The translations under genes were made by a program, and so were the position numbers. From contig NKIB01015326.1 of NCBI GenBank assembly GCA_002256025.1, positions 1-36,517 of the forward strand: 36,517 nt of DNA. Reading direction: 5' to 3'. Every line of letters starts with the position of its first letter. Position 1 is the stretch's first letter. The notes under the pieces are model-generated. The model saw only the letters and a list, made by a program, of their open reading frames with translations. It did not search any database and was not told the DNA's origin. The stretch is from Asterionella formosa. Taxonomy: Eukaryota. Shown here piece after piece: positions 1-11,805 of the stretch.

Positions 1-529
1 CGCTCCACTGGTACCAGTTCGTTTCGTTGCCATCAAACTTGATGAGCCTCATGCTCTCTTCAGACATTTCTGTAGACATGTTAAAACACTTAAGTCCGTT
101 TATAAACGTGTTAAAGTATTACCTTTTGTATAGATCTATATCGTTAGACAAAGAAGACTATAGATAGAGACGTTCGTTTCTCTTTCCGTTTCTACATTCT
201 TATTGTGAGTTTACTAATCTAGTTTAGGTTGTTCTGTTTGAACAAAACAAACAAACTATTCTCCAAATGCTGTTTGCATTTCTAGGAACATACAATCATA
301 GATAGACCCATGTCTATCTCACACTTACTGATCATAGGTATTTAACCATGATCATTCATTTCAAACTATCGGTCTTCCGAAATAGCTTATATTGTCCGGC
401 TCATAATAGTCGGAGTAACAAAGTATAATGTGTGGTTGATGAGAGCTTGGTACATCAAAGTTGACTCATTCGAATCGTTTGACTCGTTTGACTCCGAGTC
501 CTAACTACGTAGATGAGCTCACTTTAACA

Positions 530-1254
530 TCAGAGCAGTAGTCGTGGCAACCAAACAAGTGGTTGATTGGTGCTTTGGAGGACTCCGTGAATTCGGTTAG
601 AGAGAGGTTCCGGTTTTTTTTTAATCCATGCTCCATAATATATCTTGAGTCGGAGACAATCTGCTTTGGAAGGTCTCTCTACACAAACTGGGCCATTGGA
701 TTTCAGAAAAGCAGGGCGAAGAAGAATGCGGATCCTGTGCGATGGATCGGAAAGAAACCGTGGTTCTGGAATGTGTAGTGGAAGGCATCCTTTGTCGGTT
801 TTTTTTTACCATTTAATGTCCTTGGCCAATGAAAGTCAGACTGTAGATTTGATAATTCCTTATAGGACCATTTGGAGACAGCTCGAATTGTAGAATCATC
901 ATCACAGATGATTGTAGAGTAGATAACATTGTATTTAGTAATGGCATCAACCATCATTTCCAAACCCGCATCTGGTTCCATTGCCTTCGAACTTCCAGTT
1001 ACGTGATTCTTGGAGCAAACATGATGTTTCTTGTGCCGTACAGCCCTATCGCACACATTACAGACCTTTGACTTTACTCGATAGTCTAGGATCTTTCTCG
1101 TGTAGCCACCAATACAGAATGCATGTCCACTTACGGAGTTGTATTTATTCCCACTGGATCGCTGCTGCCATCCCATATCATAAGTAACGGTGAGTTGCGG
1201 CATATTGAGTACAGACATGCGTTCTGTAACAGGTAGACTATTCCACCACTGGAA
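530..1254 (-). pseudogene. Mutator-like (MULE) transposase remnant, 5'-truncated and frameshifted
   Basis: ORF 703-1218 has the motif order of Mutator-like transposases: YDMGWQQR..YNSVSGHAF, KSKVCNVC, CSKNH..GSSKAMEP, IICDDDS. Coding continues in other frames across two T9 runs (799-807, 614-622) as KGCLPLHIPEPRFLSDPSHR..DCLRLK and APINHLFGCHDYC. Confidence 0.8.
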
Positions 1255-1618
1255 ATGTTGATCGTATCATATGTATATATACATTCAGTGATGGAGAATG
1301 TTTACATATATATTTAGCGAATTCGAAAAGGAATCTATGTACGTACGCGCAAATTTCCACTGATTTAATTATATCAAATGGAATCACCTGCTGCATTTGA
1401 ACCCCTAGGCAAAAATTAAAATATTGCTTAGGGTTGCGAAAATTCCCTGGAATTAAGAATTAAATTAGCTATTCTTGAATGACGTGATTCCATTTGAAAT
1501 AATTAAATCAGTGGAAATTTGCGAATACGTACATAGATTCCTTGTCGAAATCGCTAAATATATATAAAGACACTCTTCGTCGCTGCCTGTATATATACGC
1601 TAAAAATACGATCAACAT
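1255..1618. repeat. Imperfect inverted repeat, arms of about 133 bp (1255-1387 and 1484-1618)
   Basis: For example gcaaatttccactgatttaattatatcaaatggaatcac on the left versus gtgattccatttgaaataattaaatcagtggaaatttgc on the right. Outer ends are atgttgatcgtat and atacgatcaacat. Confidence 0.9.
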
Positions 1619-2609
1619 GTATCCATGGACACTCTATACTCCGATTGACGATTTGAATGCGTTCGACATATTCAAATCGTACAATACATATACACAGATT
1701 TAGATTCTACATCGCTTAATGTGCATACACCACTACTACAATCTATATTCCGATCGACGACCATGGGTCATGTATACGACCCGGCGACTCGGCAAATATT
1801 TGAAAGTGCACTCAAGGAGCGGTACGCGTATGTCCTATGATGATCGTCTACTGGTACCTGGTACCAGTACCCTGGTACCCGTCGAGAATATAGAACCGGA
1901 CTGTCAGTACACAGAAGAAAATATTACATGTTTATACAATGTGGCCGGCGTGGGTTTGCAAGACCTCGCAAACCAGGCCAATCAAACAGAGGAACGAAAT
2001 TCACGTTCACCAATCATATTATATATGTGGAAGCGGGCACTTACAATGGAATTTTTTGGATAGGAGACTTTAGGACTAAAAATTCCGGCACACGACTACC
2101 ATTCCGATGATGAGCGGCACTTAATAATTCTGATTCCGATATTTTGGCGACCGTAGAAAAGGCCGATTTTGTCGAGTTTTTGGACGACGATACCTAAACG
2201 TTGGCTGGGTCTGACGGTGATTTAGATACATAGGTAACTTTCAAATGGCATCAGTATATAACTGTCTGGCGAGAAACTGCAGAAAGGAACTTCGGTTTTT
2301 TACTATGCCAAATAAACAGATTTCCCCCGAATTTTCGAGTCTTTTTAGCCTAGTTAAAAAACCGAAATTCCTTTCTGCAGTTTCTGACCAGATCCTATAT
2401 ACCGGGTACTGACGATACATAGAGTGGACCTAAACCCCCAACTTTGTCCGAAGACTGTATGTAAGCATACGGATAGGGTGTGTATTGGTGAAAGCTCCGT
2501 TGAGCGTTATACACATCTATTTTGTACGTGAAAAGTACGTGTTTGATTTGTCTGACTGAATATTATTTTTTAAACCCTACCTCGACCTAGGGGTTCAAAT
2601 GCAGCAACC
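1389..2609. mobile_element. Non-autonomous TIR element of about 1.2 kb, possibly PIF/Harbinger-like; left tip lost
   Basis: Perfect 21-bp inverted pair tgctgcatttgaacccctagg (1389-1409) and cctaggggttcaaatgcagca (2586-2606). The right end continues acc then TTA. No convincing internal ORF; several internal hairpins. Confidence 0.6.
2255..2400. repeat. Imperfect fold-back hairpin inside the TIR element
   Basis: agaaactgcagaaaggaacttcggttttttacta pairs with tagttaaaaaaccgaaattcctttctgcagtttct. Confidence 0.85.
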
Positions 2610-2781
2610 TTAAATAAAATTACTCCCTCTCCCTGATAACAGTTGCATTGATGATTCAAATTCTCCGGGGCCATTTTTGACTCCTACATACCATTTTCTC
2701 CAGTTCCATTGCCCTATGTGCGGCTTCTCTGTAAGTCGTGATCTTAACGGAGTACAAAATGGAAAAATATGGTGCTTGACC

Positions 2782-2943
2782 AAAATTTTTGGTGTCTCCA
2801 ACATCCAGGAGATATGTTGCTTCCAGCTGTTGGCTATTATATCATGAGCAAAATGCAGATGCATGAGGACCAATTCTTCTTCGAGCCACCTATTCTCAGT
2901 ATACATATGAAGTAGAAATTAACAAGAGAATATATGCAACTTG
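2782..2943 (+). repeat. 162-bp direct repeat, copy 1
   Basis: Near-identical to 5182-5343 (about 3 substitutions seen), offset exactly 2400 bp. Confidence 0.95.
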
Positions 2944-5086
2944 CATTCAATTATGAATTGTGCAACTGTGAAAATGGCGATGATGGGAAGGACGAAAACA
3001 ATGGTAGTATGGCATGCTTGTTTTTGATGATTGGAACTGTTTAATATCTGGCCCCCTGTTTAACGCTAAGAGGCCAGCTCATGGCAATAGCATTTGGCAG
3101 TATGTAGATTTACTGAATGTTAAGTTCCAAAATAAAATTAAGTATGCGTTATGGAGCCTCGACTACAGTGGAGTTCATTTTGTTGCAGCGGGGTGCAAAG
3201 CACCTGGCTTTGAATAAACAAAAGCTACATGTTGTGAGCAGGAGGGCGGGGGCATTGCATTGGATTATGTATTGTTTAATAGAGCCTTGGCGTTGTTTCT
3301 CATGCGCGGTTTGAGAGGCTAAGACATTTTTATCAGTTGTGTAGAGGCAGGATAAGCCAAGCTTCCATTGCGGAAGGAATGTGGAGGTGGCAGTGGCTAA
3401 GGGGAAGACCAAATAAGTGATTCTGATATGCTTAACAAGATGGTGGTTTTGGTAGGCAGCGTGTGTCTGACATTAAGTGGCAAGTGTGTTTGGCTCGGTT
3501 GGTCTGGAGAGTAGCGCCATGGATGAAGGAATGAATTTCGTTCATCCCAGTATGCATCTGTTGATGGAACTTCGCAAGCTTCTATCCCTGATAGGTTGTT
3601 ACTCTTGGGCATTCTTTTACCAGTTTCATGAAACAGTTGACAACGATTTGATCTTCCTCAGGTAAATTTTCTAAATCATAGCTCGCTTTCTTTAACCAGG
3701 CATTGTACTAGCAGAGCATCCCCTCGAATAAGGCATGAAAGTTTCGAATTTCTTGATTGGTCATACCACTTTCTTCTTGGCATACAGTTGATACCAAAAC
3801 GGAAATATGGATCATTGGCTCACAATATCCAATAAATCTTTGATGCCCTGGATAAATAACATGCAACTTAATTTTACAAACAATACAAATTTGTATGATG
3901 TGCGTCGAGGCACCAAGCCTGCTCCTCAATTGGTTTACAAAAATGTTCAATGTCAATGAAAAATTATAAAATTGTGTATATCATTCATTTGTCATCCCTC
4001 ACCAGTAAACCAATATGTTACAAATGTCAAATATTGTCGGTATTACACATGCCACGAGATGTTTGAATTGCACAGAAAATGCCGAAGATGCATAGAACGG
4101 AGATTTGGCTATCCTGATGCACCAATTTGACGCAACAGTGTACATCGTCGCTAGGCTTAAAGACTTGCGCAGTGTCAGGGTAAAATTGTAAAATTGAAAT
4201 TTTTGCATAAATAAATCATTTCTCATCCTTGACCAGCAGTAAACCAACATGTTGCAAGTGTCTCCTTGTGGTTGTCGTCATTGAATTACCCTGAATGTAC
4301 GAATCACACAGAAACCGAGAAAGACATGATGATAGAACAAATTTTCATCAACATGATGTACCAGAGTTAATACCCTTCTTCTAAATTTTTTTTGGTGATA
4401 TTTATCTTTTTGGCGAAGAAAAGAAATCTCAAAATTATTGAAAATGTTTAACTCAATCAAACGATTTTAAAAATAACAAAATCCAGGTGTTAACTTGTTA
4501 TTCTAATAGAAGTCTAGTGAGTCAGCCAGTGCTTAGACCATTTTGAGTAACCATTGGTTATGCCCTCTCCTGCTTGTCTTTTTTCTTCGAAGTCACAATT
4601 GTAGCCTCAGAAATTGTTCCGGACGAAACTATTTGCAAGACTGTGCCAGATGTTTTTGTGTAGATTGGCTGTACGTCGTTGTGGTACAAAGAAGAAGAAA
4701 TGGCTGCGCCAGGCATTTTGATCATCTGAGTTTATAAAAACAACAGTCAACACCACAATGAACAATATCTTTCCAACATGGTTCAACCCTTACAACCAGT
4801 GTCCCCCTTCCAGCTTTTTAGCTGCCTCACTATTAACAAATCCTTCATCAACTGATATACTGTATGCTGCCCCAATAGAAGGTGGAATGACGCAACATGG
4901 AGATCCGCAATGGATTTTTTAAGATATGATTAATTTGCTTACTATATATTTTTATCATATCACCAAGCCAGCGATATCTCATATTGTTGTTCTCTACCTT
5001 CTTCATTTGACATTTGAACAGGCTTTTTCAATAAAGGAGTGTTCCTTTAAAAGCAGGAGTGATAGAACAAGGTGAAATGCATGATA

Positions 5087-5122
5087 TATATAGATATATA
5101 TATATATTTATGTGTGTGTGTG
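5087..5122. repeat. Imperfect (TA)n/(TG)n microsatellite
   Basis: Read directly from the sequence. Confidence 0.7.
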
Positions 5123-5181
5123 CTGCTTTCTGTTGTAGCTAGTAGTTCTATCGAATGAATTACTGACACGCAGTTGCTATG

Positions 5182-5343
5182 AAAATTTTTGGTGTCTCCA
5201 ACATCCAGGTGATATGTAGCTGCCAGCTGTTGGCTATTATATCATGAGCAAAATGCAGATGCATGAGGACCAATTCTTCTTCGAGCCACCTATTCTCAGT
5301 ATACATATGAAGTAGAAATTAACAAGAGAATATATGCAACTTG
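5182..5343 (+). repeat. 162-bp direct repeat, copy 2
   Basis: aaaatttttggtgtctccaacatccagg...gagaatatatgcaacttg matches 2782-2943. Confidence 0.95.
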
Positions 5344-6139
5344 GCAGGTGAGATCAAAGAAATATGTCAGAGCAGAAAAAATAATAAATGAATCGGAATT
5401 GGCATTTTTCTGTTCAATTATATGGTGAAACCAGCATAATAATGCTGTGGAGCATCGTAATTTTGCCATTATACTGTCACAATGGCTAGTTCATCAATAC
5501 ATGATATCTTCACAAGCACACATAATTATTGGTGTGCCCATATGATTATTTGATAAGTGAAATAAATGTTGTATATCACATACATTTGGGATTGACCCAA
5601 ATAAAATCCGAAAAAAGTAGCATAATATTTTAGGAAAGTAACACAAATATGTCACTTTAATAATGAATTCGAAAAAGTGCCTAAAATGGCCTCTTCCCTA
5701 AATGTAAAACTCACCGTTGTGCCATGGTTAGAAAGCTTCGTTCGAGGCACCATGCAATGACATATGCATCGTGAAATGAAAAGTAATGAATAACATGCGT
5801 TGTTGGTTGGGGAGAGATATAATTTCTATATTACTCTGATGATTGTTTGATTATATACAGTAGGTGTGTACAATTTTGTAGTATTGGTACTTTATACCAA
5901 ACTAGATAATTATATACTAGAGGCTACAGGGCAACCTAAAGCACCCCTCTGCTTGAATCCAGCAATGCGGTAGACTAAATTATATACCCAGTAGCTATAC
6001 TCGGTACCACCTAAACACTGAGAGTCATACAAACTTTTAGTTTTGTACTGATAATCATAAAAAGGGGTAATCACACGGTTTGAGGCGAATATTAATCATA
6101 TTAAAAATCTGTATTAGACAAAGTTCTTCCTTTGCCTGT

Positions 6140-6207
6140 AAGGAAAAGCATTGTTCGTACTGGTATGAGATTGTACTAGTGTTCAAGTACAAACAATGCT
6201 GTTCCTT
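6140..6207. repeat. Short hairpin with 22-bp arms
   Basis: aaggaaaagcattgttcgtact (6140-6161) and agtacaaacaatgctgttcctt (6186-6207), 2 mismatches. Confidence 0.8.
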
Positions 6208-6985
6208 CACTACAATCTCTTAGCTGACATCTGTCATAATATTACCACACCACCAGTATCCTGATGTAAGCAGAACACTAATAGCGGAAAACATAAAATA
6301 ATTCCTATATAAATCTATATCAAGCCATCATGGAAACGAACAAAGATAAGATTATTGACACAAAAACTTAAAATAATATTGGAGTTACAAGGCAAACGCA
6401 ATATTACTAAAGGCTTAAAAAGTGAGAACAATTTATAATAAATGGGTAGAAGATGCAAGGGACAAATAATATTGTAGCAGGAAAAAGTTTTAGAGTCAAC
6501 AATAGGGTAATCGAAACCAGAATTTGTATATATAATTATCTTCAGGTATGTTGTAAAAATATTTATTGATAGTCATAATCATCAACTTAAAAATTTTCAC
6601 ATCTCTTGAATTTGGAAACTCGCTTCATTGCTTACTATACCCGTAATTAAGTAAACCTCCTATTAAAGCAAAGCTGAGAGCCTGGAAGGTCTAGTCATCA
6701 GTGCATTGCTCGCACTTCAATCTAAAAATTTTACATAGCGGTGTCAACCTACCTCATTGGTAGTCTGACCGGCTCACCAATTCCAAAATGATGAAATATT
6801 TCAAAATATAATCATGTGTTTATATTACCTGTAACCGTAACAAAGTTTTCAAACTGAAAAGTGCTACCAGGTACCAGGTACTACTTGATTTGTTGTCACC
6901 GTGAAATTTGATTAAAATAGTTTGAGTCGAATGATAATAAAGTAAACTTTATTGGACTCTCATTTTTTAGGTGGTACCAGTAGCT

Positions 6986-7474
6986 GCAATTTGCGGTCAT
7001 TTTGCTGAAATGGACAACGTGACGCAGGACAGGCGCTCAAAACGGTTAAATAGAGAACGTCATCAACTCTCTCTTTGAATCGACAGTATCACAACTTGTT
7101 AGTGACGTATATAATTATTTCGTCTAAATACGGAAACGTCGAAACGAGGCGAATGATGGCCGATAAAAGAAAATAACAATGACTGGGGCAATAGAGGGGC
7201 TTGTTTTCATCACTTCGGTCGGAAAAGGAGAACGATTTTGAGTTTGGAGAGAATAAAGCAACGTAAGCTTACTTTTGCTTCTGGCCGCCCCTCTATTGCC
7301 GTGATCATTGTTGTGTTTTCTTGACGTTTCCCAGTTTTGAAGAATCAAATTAGCATAAAACCTAGTACGTCACTAAAAGTGTTGATCACCATGCATACAG
7401 ACGATTTTAAAAAGCGAATTAAACGCCTGTCCTACGTCACGTTAGCATTTTCTAGCAAAATGACCGCAACTTGC
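6986..7474. mobile_element. MITE-like element of about 490 bp with long degenerate TIRs
   Basis: Left gcaatttgcggtcattttgctgaaatggacaacgtgacgcaggacaggcg; right cgcctgtcctacgtcacgttagcattttctagcaaaatgaccgcaacttgc. Inner match ttagtgacgta / tacgtcactaa. No clear TSD. Confidence 0.7.
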
Positions 7475-7485
7475 TCGTACAATCT

Positions 7486-7573
7486 CAGGTTGCAGTATTT
7501 TTGCTGAAACTAAAGATTTATCTGTCTTTATCCGAGATTAAAATGTTAGTTTAAGCAAAATGACCGCAACTTG
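7486..7573. mobile_element. 88-bp mini-MITE sharing the terminal sequence of the adjacent element
   Basis: caggttgcagtatttttgctgaaactaa and ttagtttaagcaaaatgaccgcaacttg are inverted. The right end agcaaaatgaccgcaacttg is identical to 7454-7473. Confidence 0.65.
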
Positions 7574-7939
7574 ATGTTAACCTAATGCCTCGGTTGGGGT
7601 GTCGTACTCTCACCATCATCATGAATCGTCCAAAACAACATACATGGCAATCAAGAAGCCGAGCCGAGTCGATCCCAACAAAGCTCCCCTCTTGGCTATT
7701 GTCTCTCTTTGAGTTTTATTGACAAAATGTAAGTTACTGCGCTCACAAGATGTATAAAATTGAGTGCATCGATGAGTCTTTCTCCCAGACGTCTTCACCT
7801 TTTTGATGGGGAGGAGGAGTCTTGATGCTGTGTTCACCTTCAACTACCGGTACTGACTAACATCATATACTATACATCACGGGTATCAGATTTACATTTT
7901 CCTTTACATATACATAAAAAGTAAAGAATTTTGTTAAGT

Positions 7940-8185
7940 ATGCCAAAAATCAACGGTAAAACCTTGGTAGTCATTGCCTCAACGGCTACCATGTGTGCTG
8001 TTGGTTTTGGAACTGTTTATCTCCCATTTTTCGCGGACAGGGACAAGATCCGAGGAATGAACGAACACGCCGATACTGACGCAAAGAAAGAAATGGAAAA
8101 ATATAGAGCATCACACGGCGAAGGTCAGCGTGATCCGACATCTCAGCAGGCTGGAAGCATGTGGAAGAATATGTCGAAAAAGTAA
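7940..8185 (+). CDS. Small single-transmembrane protein (81 aa), function unknown
   Basis: ATG at 7940 (the ORF track starts at an upstream TTG). Hydrophobic LVVIASTATMCAVGFGTVYLPFF is followed by a charged tail ending GSMWKNMSKK. Coding-like composition in an AT-rich context. Confidence 0.7.
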   Translation: MPKINGKTLVVIASTATMCAVGFGTVYLPFFADRDKIRGMNEHADTDAKKEMEKYRASHGEGQRDPTSQQAGSMWKNMSKK

Positions 8186-8361
8186 ATAATCATGTAAGAA
8201 GTCGTTTTACAATGCAATCCATAACTCTCTACAAGATGGAAATCGGTTGGTAGCTACAATTTACGTAATGAAACGACATGCTCAGTATAATGAACTGAAC
8301 ATCGGGGACAATCCGCCCCAAAAACGTCCTCGAATCAAGAGTCGCCCTTGTAGAAAACCAG

Positions 8362-9035
8362 TTAGAGAACATTCATTGACAAGATCTCCACAGACTGAAC
8401 TTCATCCTCCAACGCTTCAATAGCTTCTTGAACATCATCACTGCTATTGTTGACTCCCATAACAAAGGTGGTCTGAATCTTCTTAATACCGAAGGCAACA
8501 TCAACCAATTGGCAATTTTCGCCCCACTTTAGGCCGGGCTGCACAATCGTTGTGGTAATTTTCTTCCACAATTCCATCAAGTCTGTTTCCATAGACCATG
8601 GCTTGATTTCAAGACCAACCAGTGTACGTTGGTTGGCTTCTTTCTTTGCTGTGCGCTCCTCGGCTTCCTTCTTGAGGCGAGCAAGCATATCCACTCTGGA
8701 TTCCTTCGGGGCTTCGTCTTCCTCCTCATCCTCTCCAAAGACATCAAAGTCGTCATCGTCCTCTTCCTGAGTAAATAGATAGCATAAGGAGTGAGAAAAA
8801 TAAGGATAAGAAAATTAAGGAATCAAGCCATCCATCCATTCAAACGAAGTACCGGTACCCTGCATACCTTCTTTGCCTCGACTTTCGGTTCAGGGGCTAC
8901 TGGCGCTGGCGCTGAAGCAGCAACAGGAGCCTTCACAACAGGAGCAGGGGCAGCACCGATAACAACACCAGTAGCAAAAGAGAGAGCGATGCTCAGCTCG
9001 TCGAGAGCAAGATTGTATTCAGGAACGGCGGTCAT
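8362..9035 (-). CDS. EF1B: Translation elongation factor 1-beta (2 exons: 9035-8868 and 8766-8362; 101-bp GT-AG intron; 190 aa)
   Basis: The spliced frame gives the acidic EEDDDDFDVFGEDEEE linker and the EF1 guanine-exchange domain LEIKPWSMETDL..GLKWG..VDVAFGIKKI..EDEVQSVEI. Donor AAG|GTATGC, acceptor TACTCAG|GAA, phase 0. Confidence 0.93.
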
Positions 9036-9874
9036 TGTCAACAGCGTCAAGGCGGAATTAATGATATGAAATTATCTTTACCAGAGGGAGTTGATACTAT
9101 TTTCAAGCGTTTGTGGCTCTCGTGGAATGATAGAAGATGACCCGGAGTTCAGGAATCTTGATGGAATCTAATTTTGGAGGAATGGGGTTCATTTCGTCGA
9201 GGCGACGAAAAAAATATGCCGGTACCGGTAGTAATCTAGCCAATATAGTGAGTAACAAGGCAAAATATCAAAATTATGACTCGCCTTCTCAATTCATTGA
9301 TTGATCCCCACATTCTTACAGTTGTGGTAAATTGCCTGTTTAGACTTGATGAATTCTTGGGGAAATGAATCAGGCCGAGACTCTATGAGCAAGGCTGAAA
9401 CGATTTCTGAATGTATGGTATGCATTATAGGAGTCAAAAACTATAATCAATCTCAATAGAAAAATCCGTAGAAACAGTAAAATAGCTAAGGGATTGTCTT
9501 GCTATTTTAGAGGTGCGTCTTGAGCACCAAATTTCATATTCTCATGTCCCAACTTGCTATTAGTCCAATCCATTTCCATTGCGGTCCATACTAGTGACCA
9601 AATCAATGGAACCTACCAATACGCGACTGAGTACTTGTCCCGAGGTGAAGAGGAACACCGAAAATGAATTTTGGTAGTAGGATCTAGTTAAATGTGCCTT
9701 GAGCAAGCCCAGCTCGTTCGCTACTGTAGGACGGATGGATGCAACTGGCTTCGTTGTGAGGACATCTCTCAAGCTATTCCGTAAAGTTCAGCATCGGCGT
9801 CCAGCACTACAAGAATAGTGGGGTTTGAGGGTTCTGACTGTATCCATAGTATTGTCACATATAACAATACTGGA

Positions 9875-10963
9875 CTAATTTTGAAAAGTTTCTCCATACC
9901 CTGCCACGGAAACATTGGTGCATGGATTCACAAGAACAGGGTCAACAACGAGAAGAGATTCCTGCGCCACTGGGAATACAATATCCACCTTGCTGGAGGG
10001 CACCTGGATTGCCGGGACGACCCAGGTTCCACAAGAACACTGCGTCCCAGCCCATTTCCACACACCCAACTTGGTCGCACACGACGGGCACCCAAATCTT
10101 CCCTCCACAGCAGAAAGGTCCCCCATCCAGTCAAGGCCAGAGGAGAGAAAAATGGACTCACATTTATTAGAGCCCTGTTTGCGATATCCAAAATTATGTT
10201 TGTATGGTTGGTGAGGAGGATCCTCAATATCGTGTTCGTCAAAAAGGAAACTGCGACAGATACGACAGGCATAGCGAATCTTGTTCTGATCGAATATTCT
10301 GGAAGTAAGTGGCTCGCCCACTTCTACGGTGATATCATCCAAGGTTTCCTGATGAGCTTCTTGAACCAGCTCTATTGGCTTTGGATAGGCTCTCTCAATC
10401 GCCTTGAAGGCCAATGATTCAACAAGCTTGGCCATTTTTCCCGGGCCAATCGATTGTTGCGTGGAAACTTCTTCCTTCTTTGCAGCGTCCAGAGCTTGAT
10501 ATGCGATCATCTCCTCTTTCATGGAAGCAAATTCAGAGTTCGGCTTCACCGAATCCACTAGGATCCTTGCGTAATTTACACCAGTCAGTGCTTGCAGGAA
10601 AGTTGCAATCTGCTGGATATCAGGGTCGTCATCGATGCCACAACCAATCGCCACAGCTGCAACGCCCGCGAATGGGTCTTTATCGTCTCGTTCTTCATCG
10701 AAAAAGGGTGCCAAGCTGGATGGCTTGTCCTGCTTTCCATCGGGTCCATGATAAGACACAGTGGATAGATACTTAACAATTGCGCCTGTTTCGTCTTTGT
10801 AGACACCAAACGAGGCAATGCATGGAAGATATTCAATTTTGATTGCGACATGCTCGCTTGGCTGTACAACGGACTGGTCTGGTGACTGGAGTAGCGAGAG
10901 GACTTTTGCCACTCGGGGTCGATGAGCACCCACAATAGCGACTCGGCAAGTATATTCCTTCAT
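9875..10963 (-). CDS. Protein with C-terminal Yvh1/DUSP12-type zinc-binding domain and an unrecognised N-terminal domain
   Basis: YACRICRSFLF..H..CESIF..LDWM..EGRFGCPSCATKLGVWKWAGTQCSCGTWVVPAIQV..SKVD. Likely start is MKEY at 10963; an upstream in-frame ATG lies at 11035. Confidence 0.8.
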   Translation of the reverse strand: MKEYTCRVAIVGAHRPRVAKVLSLLQSPDQSVVQPSEHVAIKIEYLPCIASFGVYKDETGAIVKYLSTVSYHGPDGKQDKPSSLAPFFDEERDDKDPFAGVAAVAIGCGIDDDPDIQQIATFLQALTGVNYARILVDSVKPNSEFASMKEEMIAYQALDAAKKEEVSTQQSIGPGKMAKLVESLAFKAIERAYPKPIELVQEAHQETLDDITVEVGEPLTSRIFDQNKIRYACRICRSFLFDEHDIEDPPHQPYKHNFGYRKQGSNKCESIFLSSGLDWMGDLSAVEGRFGCPSCATKLGVWKWAGTQCSCGTWVVPAIQVPSSKVDIVFPVAQESLLVVDPVLVNPCTNVSVAGYGETFQN

Positions 10964-11805
10964 GTTGTGTGCCCTTCCTCGTATTGATGGTGCGGAGTAC
11001 CAGGTACCTGGTACCAAGAAGCGTGTAGTGCGCATAAATCGTGTTTGTTACGACTGCACACTGCCGTGACTGAATTTGACTGATTTTATGTTAAAAACAA
11101 ACTTGCAGTGCCTCATTTCATATTGCAATGGCGGTATCAATTTATTCGATGTACTCCCTCTGTTCCAGTTGTAACATGGTCAGCAACTAACCCGCTCCCT
11201 CTGTAGATGCAACATGTTGTTATTTTTAAGTTTTCACATTTTTCTTTGATATCAACTTCCAAAGAACAACACATTTGTCACCACTGACAACTGCATCCAT
11301 AACTACAAAAATTGCTGGTAATCAATCAATTCACTGTGGATAAATAACTATTTTCATACCTCTTCCTTCAACTAGTCACTCTATTGTTATAGTCGTCGTC
11401 TTATTTGTTGTAGAGCTACTGTAAAATTGTCAAATCTGTTGGCACCTTTTTTGGTATGTTGTTGCTTAGTTGTTTAACCTATTGTCGTGCTATTTGTTCA
11501 TTGTAAACACTCACACAAGTAATCTAGCTCATGCTTCAGAAACAACATTGCTTTGTGACATTCCAGAGACATAATAAGGAAGGAACAGCGATTATTTTTC
11601 CATGCGCTTTGCAATTGTTTTCAATTAAGCAACTCTCATTGCAGGAATCATTTCTTTTTATGCTACAATCAGCCAACAACTATGAAAAGATACTAGTGAT
11701 ATAGCAGCTAATTCTGTGATTCAAGCGATGGTGGAGTAATATTTGTTGATAATAGGAAGACAACCAGCAGGAGGCCATCGCAAACAAGCAAGCAGGGGAG
11801 TGATT

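Noticed and set aside
2782..5343. Second LTR retrotransposon
   Set aside because: The direct repeats lack TG..CA ends, TSD, PBS and PPT, and no gag-pol motifs are visible inside.
9560..9810. Possible ncRNA or small gene in a GC-richer patch
   Set aside because: No recognisable RNA-family motif, and the ORF lacks an ATG and any domain.
9818..10417. 199-aa plus-strand ORF and similar antisense ORFs (8791-9069, 31910-32425, 27289-27825)
   Set aside because: They overlap better-supported genes, mostly start at non-ATG codons and show no motifs.
11153..11166. Stowaway-like terminus TACTCCCTCTGTTCC (similar motif at 2621)
   Set aside because: No convincing partner terminus was found.
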